Source: Thermoanaerobaculia bacterium
GTDB taxonomy: Bacteria > Acidobacteriota > Thermoanaerobaculia > UBA5066 > Gp7-AA6
Length of the DNA stretch: 64,000 nucleotides
Reading direction: 5' to 3'
Assembly: GCA_041912555.1 (NCBI GenBank)
Contig: JAYRMU010000017.1
Coordinates: 2,608 to 66,607 of the forward strand
Position numbers and translations under genes: made by a program. Under the pieces are notes generated by a model, which was not told the origin of the DNA, made no database searches, and worked only from the letters and a program-made list of their open reading frames with translations. Shown in pieces: positions 28,207 to 38,438 of the stretch; the stretch's first letter is position 1, and every line of letters begins with the position of its first letter.

Positions 28207-29717
28207 GCACGGAAACGAACGGGGGGGCGCCGCGCCGCGAAGAGGAGATCCGCCCGCCGGCGACGCTGGTCATCTTCGGCGCCTCGGGGGACCTGACGCG
28301 ACGACTGCTCGCTCCCGCGATCGCCCACCTGAACCGGGACGGGGCGATCTCCCCGGAGTTCGCGATCGTCGGCATCGGCCGCACGGCGTACTCGGACGAC
28401 GCGTTCCGCGAGCACCTCGAGGGCGGCGCCCGCGAGTTCACGCCGCCCACGCAGGGCAGAGCGGGCGACATGCCGGCCCGGGTGCGGTACCTCGCCGGCG
28501 ACTTCGCGGATCCGGAGCTCTTCCGGCGGCTGCGGACCACGCTCGAGGCGCTCGAAGGCGGACGCAGCGGGGCGCGCAACCGGATCTTCTACTTCGCCAC
28601 GCCTCCGGATGCCGACGAGACGATCGTCGCCGCTCTCGGCCGGGAGGGGCTCGCAACGGTCGAGAACGGCTGGGTGCGGGCGGTCGTGGAGAAGCCCTTC
28701 GGACACGACCTCGAGTCGGGGCGGCGCCTGAATCGCGTGCTCCTGGCGGTCTTCCCGGAGAAGCAGGTCTACCGGATCGACCATTACCTCGGCAAGGAGA
28801 CGGTCCAGAACATCTTCGTGCTGCGGTTCGCCAACGGCATCTTCGAGCCGCTCTGGAACCACCGGTACGTGGACCACGTGCAGATCACCGTGGCCGAGTC
28901 GGTCGGGGTCGGCCACCGCGCCGGCTTCTACGAGAGCGCGGGCGTGCTGCGCGACATGTTCCAGAATCACCTTCTCCAGCTGCTGACGCTCACGGCGATG
29001 GAACCGCCGGCCGCCTACGAGGCCGACGCCATCCGCGCCGAGAAGGTCAAGGTGCTGGAGTCCATCCGCCCGTTCCCGGAGGACGCGGTCGACGACTGGG
29101 CGGTGCGGGGCCAGTACGGGCCGGGCGTCGTGGACGGGCGCAAGGTTCCCGGCTACCGCGAGGAGCCGAAGGTGGACCCCGCCTCGGCCACGCCGACGTA
29201 CGCGGCCGTCAAGGTGGCGATCGACAACTGGCGCTGGGCGGGCGTTCCCTTCTACCTGCGGTCGGGAAAGCGTCTGGCCAAGCGCGTCAGCGAGGTCGCG
29301 ATCGAGTTCAAGGGGATTCCCCACCGCTTCTTCAGCAAGGCCTCCGGGGAGCTCGCCCCCAACGTCCTGCGCCTCCACATCCAGCCGGACGAGGGCGTGT
29401 CGCTGAAGTTCGGGGTCAAGATTCCGGGCTCCGTCCTGCAGATCCAGTCCGTCTACATGGACTTTCCGTATGCGAAGCTCGGCGCGCCGATCGCCGGGGG
29501 CTACGAGCGGCTCCTGCTCGACGTGACCCACGGAGACCAGACGCTCTTCATCCGGGGCGACGAGGCGGAGCACGCCTGGGAGGTCCTGACGCCGATCCTG
29601 AACGCCTGGGCGAAGCAGCCGCCCCCGGAGTTTCCCAACTACGCCGCGGGAACGTTCGGGCCCGAGTGCGCCGACCGCTTCATCGAGAAGGACGGCCGGA
29701 GGTGGCGGACCCTTTAG
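28203..29717 (+). CDS. zwf: Glucose-6-phosphate 1-dehydrogenase
   Basis: NAD(P) site IFGASGDLT, the RIDHYLGKE signature and EKP motif. The ATG overlaps the pgi stop. Confidence 0.9.
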   Translation: MSTETNGGAPRREEEIRPPATLVIFGASGDLTRRLLAPAIAHLNRDGAISPEFAIVGIGRTAYSDDAFREHLEGGAREFTPPTQGRAGDMPARVRYLAGDFADPELFRRLRTTLEALEGGRSGARNRIFYFATPPDADETIVAALGREGLATVENGWVRAVVEKPFGHDLESGRRLNRVLLAVFPEKQVYRIDHYLGKETVQNIFVLRFANGIFEPLWNHRYVDHVQITVAESVGVGHRAGFYESAGVLRDMFQNHLLQLLTLTAMEPPAAYEADAIRAEKVKVLESIRPFPEDAVDDWAVRGQYGPGVVDGRKVPGYREEPKVDPASATPTYAAVKVAIDNWRWAGVPFYLRSGKRLAKRVSEVAIEFKGIPHRFFSKASGELAPNVLRLHIQPDEGVSLKFGVKIPGSVLQIQSVYMDFPYAKLGAPIAGGYERLLLDVTHGDQTLFIRGDEAEHAWEVLTPILNAWAKQPPPEFPNYAAGTFGPECADRFIEKDGRRWRTL

Positions 29718-29745
29718 GGGAGGGTCCGCCGCCGCCGCGGCCCGA

Positions 29746-32553
29746 CTAGGGGCCGTAGAGCGAAAGCCCGAACGTCTTGTCGAGGAACACGGCCATCTGG
29801 CTTCGCAGGACGGGATTGGCCGGGCAGTAGTTGCCCCCGACGCAGCCGCCCGTGATGCCCTCGTTGTAGAGCTGCTCGATCCAGTCGACCGCGAACGCGG
29901 GCGTCGGGGAACAGGGCACGTCCGGAAAGATCCCGGTGCAGGGGGGAGGAACGTACGCGCTGCCGTGCTCGGTCTTGAGGAGGAAGACCGCCATCTGCGC
30001 GCGGGTCACGGACGAGGCCGGGCAGTAGTTCCCGCCGCCGCAGCCGGTGGTGATTCCCTCGGCCGCGAGCTGCTCGATCCAGTCCACGGCGAAGGCGGCC
30101 GACGGCGTGCAGGGCGCGTCGGGGAAGACGCCGGTGCACGCCGGAGGGATGTAGCTCGCGCCGTGCTCCGCCTTGAGGAGGAAGATCGCCATCTGGGCCC
30201 GGGTGACGGGGTTTCCGGGACAGTAGTTGCCCGCGCCGCAGCCGCCCGTGACCCCGTTGTGGACGAGGTTCTCGACGAAGGGGTAGAACGGGTTCGAGCT
30301 CGGAACGTCCGGGAACGAGTCGCCCACGTGGAGCTTCCAGAGCTTGGCGAGGCCCGTCGAGAGCGTCTCGGTGAAGGTGGCGTCCCAGTGGGCGGCCGGG
30401 CGGGTCCCCGAAACGCTCATCAGGTAGCAGTCGCCCGTCGCGCCGAAGCAGTCCGACGAGCCCCCGGCCGCGATGGAGCCGAAGTCGGCCGTGCCGTCGA
30501 CGAGGGAGTAGGTCGGACCCGCCGGCCCCCCGAGCGACGAGGCCACGCCGGTGAGCGGCTGGGCGGAAACCTGGTTGTTCTTCCAGCTCGTCGAGACCGA
30601 AACGGTCTCGCCGGGCTGGAGGACGCCGTTGTGGTCGGAGGAGTCGCCGGCCATCGCGTGGACGTCGACCGCCATCGGCTGGGCGCCGAGCGCGCCCGTC
30701 GCGCCGGCGCGCTCCAGGGCGGCGTGGGCCATGACGATGCCGGCCCCGGTATCGCGATCCGTGCCGGGGGTCTCGATGTCGATCGCGGAGCCGACGAGCG
30801 CGTCGCGGATCTGGTCGGGGGTGATGGACGGCAGCGCCGACCGGAGCAGGGTCGCGATGGCGGCCGCATGGGGCGCCGCGGCGGACGTGCCGAAGAAGGG
30901 GAGGAACCCGGGAGCCGCGCACGAGACGCCGTCGGCCGCCGTGATGTCGGGCTTCTGGCGCACGATGCCGCCCGTCTTCGTCCGGTTGCCCGGCGTGATC
31001 TCGGAGCCGTCGGTCCTCAGGAGGACCCGCCGCGGCCCGTCGGAGGAGAACGTCTCGCTGACGTTGGCGGGCGAGAAGAGATTCGGGTAGGGGCCGGACG
31101 GCTGGCCGACGCCGTAGCCCGCCGCGGCCGGCGTCGCGGCCACGCTGAACGCGTGCGCCGCCGCGCTGTGGCCGCGGGTCGCGCCGGTCGTGGCGAGGGC
31201 CGGATCGAGCTCGCCGCGGAACGCGATCAGGTTGAACATCGGCGAGCTCGACGTCGTGCCGGCGTGCAGGCGCGTGACCACGAGGCGCTCTCCCGAGAAG
31301 GCCTGTCCCAGCACCTCGACCGGGAAGTCGTCGCCTCCCGCGCCGTTCTGCGCGTCCGTGCTCGAGTCGAAGATCGTCGTCAGGCCGCCGTCCATGTCGT
31401 AGAGGTTGAAGTCCGTCGAGGCGATGCCCGTGCTCAGATCGGCGTGCTCGGCCCAGGTCAGGACGGTGATCGAGTCGGTGTCGGTGACCGCGATCGACTG
31501 GCCGCCGTCGCCGAAGTTGTGGGCCGTGCCGAGGCTCGTGAAGCCGGGAATGGTGCCGTGGGGGTTGAAGTCGCCCTCCCACGTTCCCGACGTCCCGTCG
31601 TCGACGTTCCCCTCGTTGCCGGCCGACGAGAAGTACGAGACGCCGGCCGCCGTGACCGTGTTGACGGCCTGGGCGACGGGGCCGTCCTCGAAGGGGCTCT
31701 CGTCGAGGTAGATGACGTCGTCCACGATGACCTGGCAGCCCGCCGTGGCGAGGTCGAGGATGTTCTGCGCGAACTGGGCCTCCGAGACGACCGCCGTGGC
31801 GTAGTAGAGCTGGGCGTCGGGCGCCATGTCGTGGACGATCTCGAGCATCGCGCAGCCTTCGTTGCCCGATCCGGCCTGGCCGGGCAGGACGTTGACGCTC
31901 GGCAGGTCGCCGCTTCCCTGCAGGGACGCGAGGGAGTCTACGCCGTTCGAGATGACGCCGACCTTGACGCCCGCGCCGGTCGTTCCGAAGAAGGTGCGGG
32001 CCTCGTCGGCGCCGTGGGTGGCAACGCCCTCCGAGACGTTGACGGCGCTGAACTGGGGAGGCACGGCCTGGCGGACCCGGCGGACGCCGGGGATCGCGGC
32101 GATCGCCTCGAGGTCCTCGAAGTGGACGCGGGCGTGGACCTGGAGGTACTTCGGGTGGGCGCTCAGGACGACGCCGCCCCTGGCCTGGATCGCCGCCGAA
32201 ACCGCGGCGATCGTCTCGGCGCCCGCGATCGGGATGTCCACGGCGATCCGCCCGTCGGCGTCCGCGGTGACGAACCGGTAGCTCGTCAGCGGCGCCAGGC
32301 GGGCATCCTGCCTCCGGTGGAGCAGTCCGAGGAACAGGCGCGAATCGATCCGGTGCTGCACCGGCGTCTTCGCCTCGTCGATGCCGGCGAGGGCCTGCAT
32401 CTGGACCGCGGCGCTCGCGGTGATGAGCGGCCCGGGAGGCAGCGGGGCCTCGGCGGCGAAGGAAGCTGTCGCGGAAGCGAAGAGGGCGAGGGCGCCGGCG
32501 AGGACGAGTCGAGGGGCGCGGCGGGGTTCCGGGTCGCGGTGCGGCATTCGCAT
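29746..32553 (-). CDS. Secreted S8 subtilase with three C-terminal Cys-containing SLH-like repeats
   Basis: The Ser motif FGTSAAAPHAAAIA and subtilase Asp/His regions are present. At the C-terminus there are 3 copies of FPD(V/A)P...(V/I)E.L...GITGGCG.GNYCP...VTRAQMA(V/I)FLLK. Confidence 0.8.
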   Translation of the reverse strand: MRMPHRDPEPRRAPRLVLAGALALFASATASFAAEAPLPPGPLITASAAVQMQALAGIDEAKTPVQHRIDSRLFLGLLHRRQDARLAPLTSYRFVTADADGRIAVDIPIAGAETIAAVSAAIQARGGVVLSAHPKYLQVHARVHFEDLEAIAAIPGVRRVRQAVPPQFSAVNVSEGVATHGADEARTFFGTTGAGVKVGVISNGVDSLASLQGSGDLPSVNVLPGQAGSGNEGCAMLEIVHDMAPDAQLYYATAVVSEAQFAQNILDLATAGCQVIVDDVIYLDESPFEDGPVAQAVNTVTAAGVSYFSSAGNEGNVDDGTSGTWEGDFNPHGTIPGFTSLGTAHNFGDGGQSIAVTDTDSITVLTWAEHADLSTGIASTDFNLYDMDGGLTTIFDSSTDAQNGAGGDDFPVEVLGQAFSGERLVVTRLHAGTTSSSPMFNLIAFRGELDPALATTGATRGHSAAAHAFSVAATPAAAGYGVGQPSGPYPNLFSPANVSETFSSDGPRRVLLRTDGSEITPGNRTKTGGIVRQKPDITAADGVSCAAPGFLPFFGTSAAAPHAAAIATLLRSALPSITPDQIRDALVGSAIDIETPGTDRDTGAGIVMAHAALERAGATGALGAQPMAVDVHAMAGDSSDHNGVLQPGETVSVSTSWKNNQVSAQPLTGVASSLGGPAGPTYSLVDGTADFGSIAAGGSSDCFGATGDCYLMSVSGTRPAAHWDATFTETLSTGLAKLWKLHVGDSFPDVPSSNPFYPFVENLVHNGVTGGCGAGNYCPGNPVTRAQMAIFLLKAEHGASYIPPACTGVFPDAPCTPSAAFAVDWIEQLAAEGITTGCGGGNYCPASSVTRAQMAVFLLKTEHGSAYVPPPCTGIFPDVPCSPTPAFAVDWIEQLYNEGITGGCVGGNYCPANPVLRSQMAVFLDKTFGLSLYGP

Positions 32554-32737
32554 CCACCTCCGTTCGGCGTCCGGGACGCCGAACACGTTGCGGTGAGGGT
32601 TCGGGTTTCGCCTTCGAGCCGGGCCGAGTCGAAACGTGCCTGCTGCGGGTGGCGAAAGATCGCCCGGAAAGCGACCCGGAGTCAAGAGGGGCGGCCGCGG
32701 GCGCGGCGCCGGGCCGACCCCTCCGGAGGCCGGCGCG

Positions 32738-34819
32738 TCAGGCTTCCTTGACCGCCTCTTTGCCCGCCTTCGACTGCGCGATGATCTTCTCCTGCAGGGA
32801 GTGCGGCACCTCGGCGTAGTGCGAGAACTCGAGGTGGAAGGAGCCGCGTCCCTGCGTGATCGAGCGCAGCTGGGCCCCGTAGGTCAGCAGTTCTGACATC
32901 GGAACCTGCGCCTTGATGACCGTGTCGTCGTCGGCCGCGTCCATGCCCTGCACGTGGCCGCGGCGCGAGGAGAGGTCGCCCATGAGGTCGCCCACGTACT
33001 CGTTGGGAGCGGTGATCTCGACGTTCATCACGGGCTCGAGCAGCGTGGGCCTGGCCTGCGCCATCGCCTCCTTGTAGGCGAGCGCGCCCGCCAGCTTGAA
33101 GGCGAGCTCCGACGAGTCCACGTCGTGGTACTGGCCGTCGTACAGCGTGACGCGGAAGTCCACCATCGGGTAGCCCGCGAGGAAGCCCCGGCGACGGACC
33201 TCCTGGATGCCCTTCTCGACGGCCGGGATGAAGTTGCGGGGGATCGCGCCGCCGTAGATGTCGTCCACGAACTCGAAGTCCTTGCCGCGCGGAAGGGGCT
33301 CGACGCGGATGCGGCAGTCGGCGAACTGGCCGTGGCCGCCGGTCTGCTTCTTGTGGCGGCCGTGGGCTTCGGCCTTCTTGGTGATCGTCTCGCGGTAGGG
33401 GACCTTCGGCGGGTGGAGGATCACCTCGACGCCGTACCGCTTCCGCAGGCGGGCGACGGCGATCTCGACGTGGAGCTGGGACGCGCCGGCGAGGTGGAAC
33501 TCCTTGGTTTCCTCGTCGCGCTGGAAGTTGAGCGACGGGTCCTCCTCGATGAGCTTGTGGAGGGCGGTCGAGATCTTGTCCTCGTCGCCCTTGGTCTTCG
33601 GCTCGATGGCGTAGGCGATCGAGGCTTCCGGCACCTTGAGGGCCGGCAGGACGACCGCGTTGTCCTTCGTGGTCAGCGTGTCGCCCGTGAACGTGTCCTT
33701 CAGCTTGGCCACCGCCACGATGTCGCCGGCGTGCGCCTCCGGAAGGGCGACGTGCTCCTTGCCCTGCGGCAGGAAGAGCCCCGAGAACCGCTCGTGTGCG
33801 CCCCGGGTCGCGTTCCAGTAGTTGCCGTCGGACTGGAAGTGGCCGGCCAGGACGCGGAGGTACGAGATGCGTCCGGCGAACGGGTCCGAGACGGTCTTGA
33901 AGACCTGGGCGACCGCGTGGTCCTTCTCGTTGCAGAAGACGACGACCGGCTTGCCGTCCTTTCCGACGCCCTCCTCGCGGCGGCCCTCGGGGGAGGGGAG
34001 CAGCGCCACGCAGGCGTCGAGGATGCGGACCATGCCGATGCCCGTGGACGAGGCGGCGCACAGCACCGGGAACACCTTGCGCTCGACGATCTCGCGCTTC
34101 AAGCCCGGCAGGATGTCCTGGGCCTCGAGCGTTCCCTGGGCGAAGAACTTCTCCATGAGGTCGTCCTCGCCTTCGGCGACGACCTCGACGAGCGCCTCGT
34201 GCTCGGCCTTCGCCCGCTCGGCGAGGTCGGGCGGGATGGGGCCGTCGACGCGCTTGCCGCCCTCGTGCACGTGCGCTTCCATGCGCACGAGGTCCACGGT
34301 CCCCTTGAACGCCTTCTCCTCGCCGACGGGGATCTGGAGGGCGACGACGCCCCGGCCGAACTTTTTCTGCAGGCCCTCGACCGCGCGGTCGAACGACGCC
34401 CGCTCGCGGTCCATGCGGTTGACGACGAAGAGCACCGGCCGCCCGAATTCCTGGGCGAACTTCCAGGCGCGCTCGGTCTGGACCTCCACGCCCGAGACGG
34501 CGTCGAGAACGATGAGGGCGGCGTCGGCGGCGTGGACCGCCGAGCGCGCTTCCGGGGAGAAGATGCCGTAGCCTGGGGCGTCCAGGAAGTTGATCCGCGT
34601 GTCTCGATGCACCGCGTGCGCGACGGCGAGGTTGATCGAGATCTTTCGGTCGATCTCCTCGGCGTCGAAATCGGTGGGGCAGGTGCCGTCCTCGATCCGT
34701 CCAGGCCGCGTGATCGCCCCGGCCGAGTGGAGCAACGCGGCGACCAGGGTGGTCTTTCCCACGGTGTTGTGGCCCACGACGGCCACGTTTCGCAGCTGCG
34801 GTGCGGAGAGTGCTTTCAT
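32738..34819 (-). CDS. Elongation factor G family GTPase (EF-G paralog, not in an str operon context)
   Basis: G1 AVVGHNTVGKTT and all five EF-G domains. 693 aa. Confidence 0.85.
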   Translation of the reverse strand: MKALSAPQLRNVAVVGHNTVGKTTLVAALLHSAGAITRPGRIEDGTCPTDFDAEEIDRKISINLAVAHAVHRDTRINFLDAPGYGIFSPEARSAVHAADAALIVLDAVSGVEVQTERAWKFAQEFGRPVLFVVNRMDRERASFDRAVEGLQKKFGRGVVALQIPVGEEKAFKGTVDLVRMEAHVHEGGKRVDGPIPPDLAERAKAEHEALVEVVAEGEDDLMEKFFAQGTLEAQDILPGLKREIVERKVFPVLCAASSTGIGMVRILDACVALLPSPEGRREEGVGKDGKPVVVFCNEKDHAVAQVFKTVSDPFAGRISYLRVLAGHFQSDGNYWNATRGAHERFSGLFLPQGKEHVALPEAHAGDIVAVAKLKDTFTGDTLTTKDNAVVLPALKVPEASIAYAIEPKTKGDEDKISTALHKLIEEDPSLNFQRDEETKEFHLAGASQLHVEIAVARLRKRYGVEVILHPPKVPYRETITKKAEAHGRHKKQTGGHGQFADCRIRVEPLPRGKDFEFVDDIYGGAIPRNFIPAVEKGIQEVRRRGFLAGYPMVDFRVTLYDGQYHDVDSSELAFKLAGALAYKEAMAQARPTLLEPVMNVEITAPNEYVGDLMGDLSSRRGHVQGMDAADDDTVIKAQVPMSELLTYGAQLRSITQGRGSFHLEFSHYAEVPHSLQEKIIAQSKAGKEAVKEA

Positions 34820-34885
34820 GGGCCCGGATTATATTGAAGGGCCCCCTTCGCGATAGATGCATCCGGTGGGTCAGAATGGGGCCCG

Positions 34886-35038
34886 ATGACGGCCCTCTCG
34901 TGCGTCGCGATCGGGATCGCGTTCGTGATCGCGGTGGTCCTGCTCGTGCTCGCCGGAGTCCTGCTCGGGTGGGTGATCCCCGCCGTCATCGAGCGGTCGC
35001 GGAACCGGAAAGACGCTCCTCCCCCGAATACAGATTGA
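34886..35038 (+). CDS. Possible 50-aa single-TM membrane protein (overlaps fdhD 3' end antisense)
   Basis: ATG ORF MTALSCVAIGIAFVIAVVLLVLAGVLLGWVIPAV... with a strongly hydrophobic helix. Confidence is low because of the ~50 bp antisense overlap with fdhD. Confidence 0.25.
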   Translation: MTALSCVAIGIAFVIAVVLLVLAGVLLGWVIPAVIERSRNRKDAPPPNTD

Positions 35039-35825
35039 AGCCGCCCTCGCGCAGGAAGCCCGCGAGCGCGATCCCCGACTCGCGGGCGAGGTCGATCGCG
35101 AGGGAGGAGGGCGCCGACACCGCGGCGACGATCGGGATCGAGGCGGCGAGCGCCTTCTGGACGATCTCGAACGAGGCGCGCCCGGAGACGGCGAGGATCG
35201 ACTCGGTCAGCGGCAGACGCCCTCCGCGGAAGAGCAGGCCGACGACCTTGTCGACGGCGTTGTGGCGCCCGACGTCCTCGCGGCAGGCCAGCAGCTCTCC
35301 CGCGAGCGAGAAGACCCCGGCGGCGTGCAGCCCGCCCGTCTCCGCGAAGTTCGCCTGGGCCTGCCGGAGGGCGGCGGGCAGGCGCAGGAGCACCGCGGGG
35401 TCCGTCCGGGCCCCGGAAACGACCGGCGGAAACTGGCCGCGGAGGGACTCGATGGAGCCCTTCCCGCAAAGCCCGCAGGACGAGGAGGTCAGGAGGATCC
35501 GCCGCGCGCGGTCCAGGCTCGCCCCGGCGGGCTCCGTCGTCCGGACGATCACCACGTTGCCCTCTTCCTCGGCCGACCGCACTTCCCGGCAGTGCTCGAT
35601 GCGGACGATTTCCTCGGGCCGCCGGACGATGCCTTCCGCGACGAGCCAGCCGGCCGCGAGCTCGAAATCGTGTCCGGGCGTCCGCATGGTCACCGCGAGC
35701 GTCTGGCCCCCGACGCGGATCTCCAGCGGCTCCTCCACGCTGACGCGGTCCTCGCGGCGTTCGGCCGGGCCAGGCCCGAACCGCAGGATCGACGCGCCGC
35801 GCACGGCCGGGGAGCGGATTTCCAT
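34986..35825 (-). CDS. fdhD: Formate dehydrogenase accessory sulfurtransferase FdhD
   Basis: 280-aa product MEIRSPAVRG... with the conserved Cys loop SSCGLCGK and GxHNAVDK motif. The competing Arg-rich ORF 34816..35913 was rejected. Confidence 0.75.
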   Translation of the reverse strand: MEIRSPAVRGASILRFGPGPAERREDRVSVEEPLEIRVGGQTLAVTMRTPGHDFELAAGWLVAEGIVRRPEEIVRIEHCREVRSAEEEGNVVIVRTTEPAGASLDRARRILLTSSSCGLCGKGSIESLRGQFPPVVSGARTDPAVLLRLPAALRQAQANFAETGGLHAAGVFSLAGELLACREDVGRHNAVDKVVGLLFRGGRLPLTESILAVSGRASFEIVQKALAASIPIVAAVSAPSSLAIDLARESGIALAGFLREGGFNLYSGEERLSGSATAR

Positions 35826-36032
35826 GCGCCGAAGGATACGCCGTTCCCGCGGGCCTTCCGGCGGCCGCGCGCGCGTCGGGGAGCCGAGATTGGTCCCCTT
35901 GCGCGAAGGGCAACCTGCTAGAATTTCGCGGGTCCCGAATTCCCGCCCGGCGTATGTGTCTGCAGGGCGGAGCGTTCGGGTCCGAGGAGTCGCTCCGAAC
36001 CGATGTCGGGCAAGCCGGGCGCGGGAACGCGG

Positions 36033-38189
36033 ATGAGCAAGCTGGGCCGCTACGAGGTCCTCAACGAGCTCGGCAAGGGCGCGATGGGGGTCGTGTACCT
36101 GGCCAAGGACCCCGTCATCGGGCGGCTCGTGGCGGTCAAGACGATCCGGACTTCGCAGGGCGACGACGACGACTCGGAATCGCGCGAGTTCCGCGAGCGG
36201 TTCGTCCGCGAGGCGCAGACCGCCGGGATCCTCTCCCACCCGAACATCGTCACGATCCACGACATCGGCGAGGACACCGACAGCCGCACGTCGTTCATCG
36301 CGATGGAGTACATCGAGGGGCGCAACCTCAAGTCCCTCCTGGTGGACAAGAAGAAGTTCACGTGGGACGAGGTGGCGGACCTGATCGCGCAGATCGGCGA
36401 GGCGCTCGACTACGCGCACCGCAAGGGGATCATCCACCGCGACATCAAGCCGGCGAACATCATCCTGACCACCGACGGCAAGGTGAAGATCACCGACTTC
36501 GGCATCGCCAAGGTCGCCTCGTCCAATCTGACGACGACGGGCCAGTTCCTCGGCACGCCCAACTACATGTCGCCCGAGCAGGTTTCCGGCGCGCCCGTGG
36601 ACGGGCGCAGCGACATCTTCTCGCTGGGCGTCGTGCTGTACGAGCTCCTCACGAACCGCAAGCCGTTCCAGGGCGACAACCTGACCGCGATCTCCTACAA
36701 GATCGTCCACGAGGACTTCACGCCGCCCGGCGACCTGTCGCCGGACGTGCCGCAGGACTTCAACCCGATCGTCGCCCGCGCGATGGCCAAGGATCCCTGG
36801 AACCGCTACCAGCGCGGCAAGGACATGGCCCTCGCCCTCTACCAGCTCAAGGCCCACCTCGAGGAGCAGAAGGCGCTGCAGGACCTCGGCACGATGGTGT
36901 CGGCGGCCGAGAATCTCCCGACGCTCAAGCTCGCCAACCTCGAACAGGTCGCGGCCCAGGGCGCGCCGCGCGACACGACGATCGTGCCGCCGCCGGTCCC
37001 GCCGGTCGGGACGCCGCCGCCCCCTTCGGGGCCCGCCGCCGGCGAGTCGTCCGGGGGATGGGCGGACCGGTCGGACGAGCACGAAGCCACGACCGCCGCG
37101 CCCGACCTGGCCGCCGCGATGGCGGCGAGCGCCGAGGCGGCCGCAACGGGCACGACGGAAGAGATCTCGGTGGACGCTCTGCCGCCCCTGCCGCCGCCGC
37201 CCTCGTCCCCGACCGCGGCCGCGCGTCCGGGCCCGCCTCAGGACTGGAAGAAGCTGGCGAAGGCCGAGGTCAACCCGCGCTGGTTCTGGATGGTGACCGC
37301 CGCCGCCGTGGGCGTGCTCGTGCTCCTCGTCGCCTTCTTCGCTCTGCGCGCGCGTTCGGCGTCGAAGCCCGTGGCCGAGCCCGACGCGGCGCTCGAGCAG
37401 GAGGTCAAGGAACGGCGCGAGGCGCTCGAGGACGCGAAGAAGCTCTTCGCCGCCGGCAAGTACGACGAGAGCCTGGCCCGGGCCCGCCAGGTCCTGGCGC
37501 GCAGCCCCAACAACGAGGAGGCGCGCAAGTACGCGCAGATGGCCGAGAGCGCGGTGAAGAGCCGCCAGGCCGACGCCGAGAAGAAGCAGAAGGCCGCCGA
37601 CCTCGCCGCCGCGGCGAAGGCGGCGCTCGGAGAGGGCAGGGACGAAGAGGCGAAGCAGAAGGCCGAGGAGGCCCTCGGGCTCGACTCCGCCAACGCCGAC
37701 GCCGCGTCCGTGCGCGACGAGGCGGACAAGAAGATCGCCGAGGCGAAGGTCGCCGCCGAGGCGGCGGCGCGCAAGAAGGGCGCCAAGGCCAAGGAACAGC
37801 AGGCCAGGAAGAAGGACGTCGTTCCTTCCCCGGCGCCCGTCGCGAAGGCCGCGACGGCGGCCCCGGCGGGTTCCGCGCCGGCGCCCGCTGCGTCGACCAC
37901 CGCCACGCTCCGGCTGGCGTTCGAATCGCCGATCCCGGAGGGCCACGTCATGGTGGCCGTGAACGACCAGATCCTCCTGCGCCGGCCCTTCTCCTTCAAG
38001 AAAGGGGACAGCCGGACGGTGTCGGCGAGCATCTCCGTTCCTCCGGGGGCAGCGGCCGTCAAGGTCTGGCTCTCGGGCCCCAACATGCCTTCGGCGTTCG
38101 CCACGACGAACGCGCAGCTTTCCGGCGGGGACACGAAGATCCTGCAGCTCGACTATTCCGGCGGAAAACTCTCCGTCCGGCTCCAGTAG
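36033..38189 (+). CDS. Membrane-anchored Ser/Thr protein kinase with TPR-like extracytoplasmic region
   Basis: Hanks kinase motifs (GKGAMGVVY, VAVK, HRDIKPAN, DFG, SPE). It has a Pro-rich linker and a TM helix WFWMVTAAAVGVLVLLVAFFAL, and the C-terminal ~280 aa are TPR-like. Confidence 0.85.
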   Translation: MSKLGRYEVLNELGKGAMGVVYLAKDPVIGRLVAVKTIRTSQGDDDDSESREFRERFVREAQTAGILSHPNIVTIHDIGEDTDSRTSFIAMEYIEGRNLKSLLVDKKKFTWDEVADLIAQIGEALDYAHRKGIIHRDIKPANIILTTDGKVKITDFGIAKVASSNLTTTGQFLGTPNYMSPEQVSGAPVDGRSDIFSLGVVLYELLTNRKPFQGDNLTAISYKIVHEDFTPPGDLSPDVPQDFNPIVARAMAKDPWNRYQRGKDMALALYQLKAHLEEQKALQDLGTMVSAAENLPTLKLANLEQVAAQGAPRDTTIVPPPVPPVGTPPPPSGPAAGESSGGWADRSDEHEATTAAPDLAAAMAASAEAAATGTTEEISVDALPPLPPPPSSPTAAARPGPPQDWKKLAKAEVNPRWFWMVTAAAVGVLVLLVAFFALRARSASKPVAEPDAALEQEVKERREALEDAKKLFAAGKYDESLARARQVLARSPNNEEARKYAQMAESAVKSRQADAEKKQKAADLAAAAKAALGEGRDEEAKQKAEEALGLDSANADAASVRDEADKKIAEAKVAAEAAARKKGAKAKEQQARKKDVVPSPAPVAKAATAAPAGSAPAPAASTTATLRLAFESPIPEGHVMVAVNDQILLRRPFSFKKGDSRTVSASISVPPGAAAVKVWLSGPNMPSAFATTNAQLSGGDTKILQLDYSGGKLSVRLQ

Positions 38190-38251
38190 GTCCTTCGACC
38201 CCTCCGCGGGCCTTTGCAGAAAAGCCCGGAATCACGTATAAAGCGCACTCC

Positions 38252-38330
<79 letters not shown>

Positions 38331-38438
38331 GCCTATCCCGAAGCGACTGCGCGACTTGCTCCGCGTTCCTCCGATTATTAAAACGCACACGTTCGTGTGC
38401 AGCGGACCTGTTCGGGACCTGATAACGGGCTCCCCGAT

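Noticed and set aside
22346-28579. ORFs 22346..25678 (+), 24393..26993 (-), 26084..28579 (-), 26610..29717 N-terminal part
   Set aside because: They lie antisense or out of frame to GDE, tkt, pgi and zwf and have artefact-like composition. Only the zwf portion of 26610..29717 (from 28203) is real.
34816-35913. 365-aa minus ORF overlapping fdhD in another frame
   Set aside because: The Arg/Pro/Gly-rich product has no motif. The alternative frame gives a clean FdhD with the SSCGLCGK and HNAVDK motifs.
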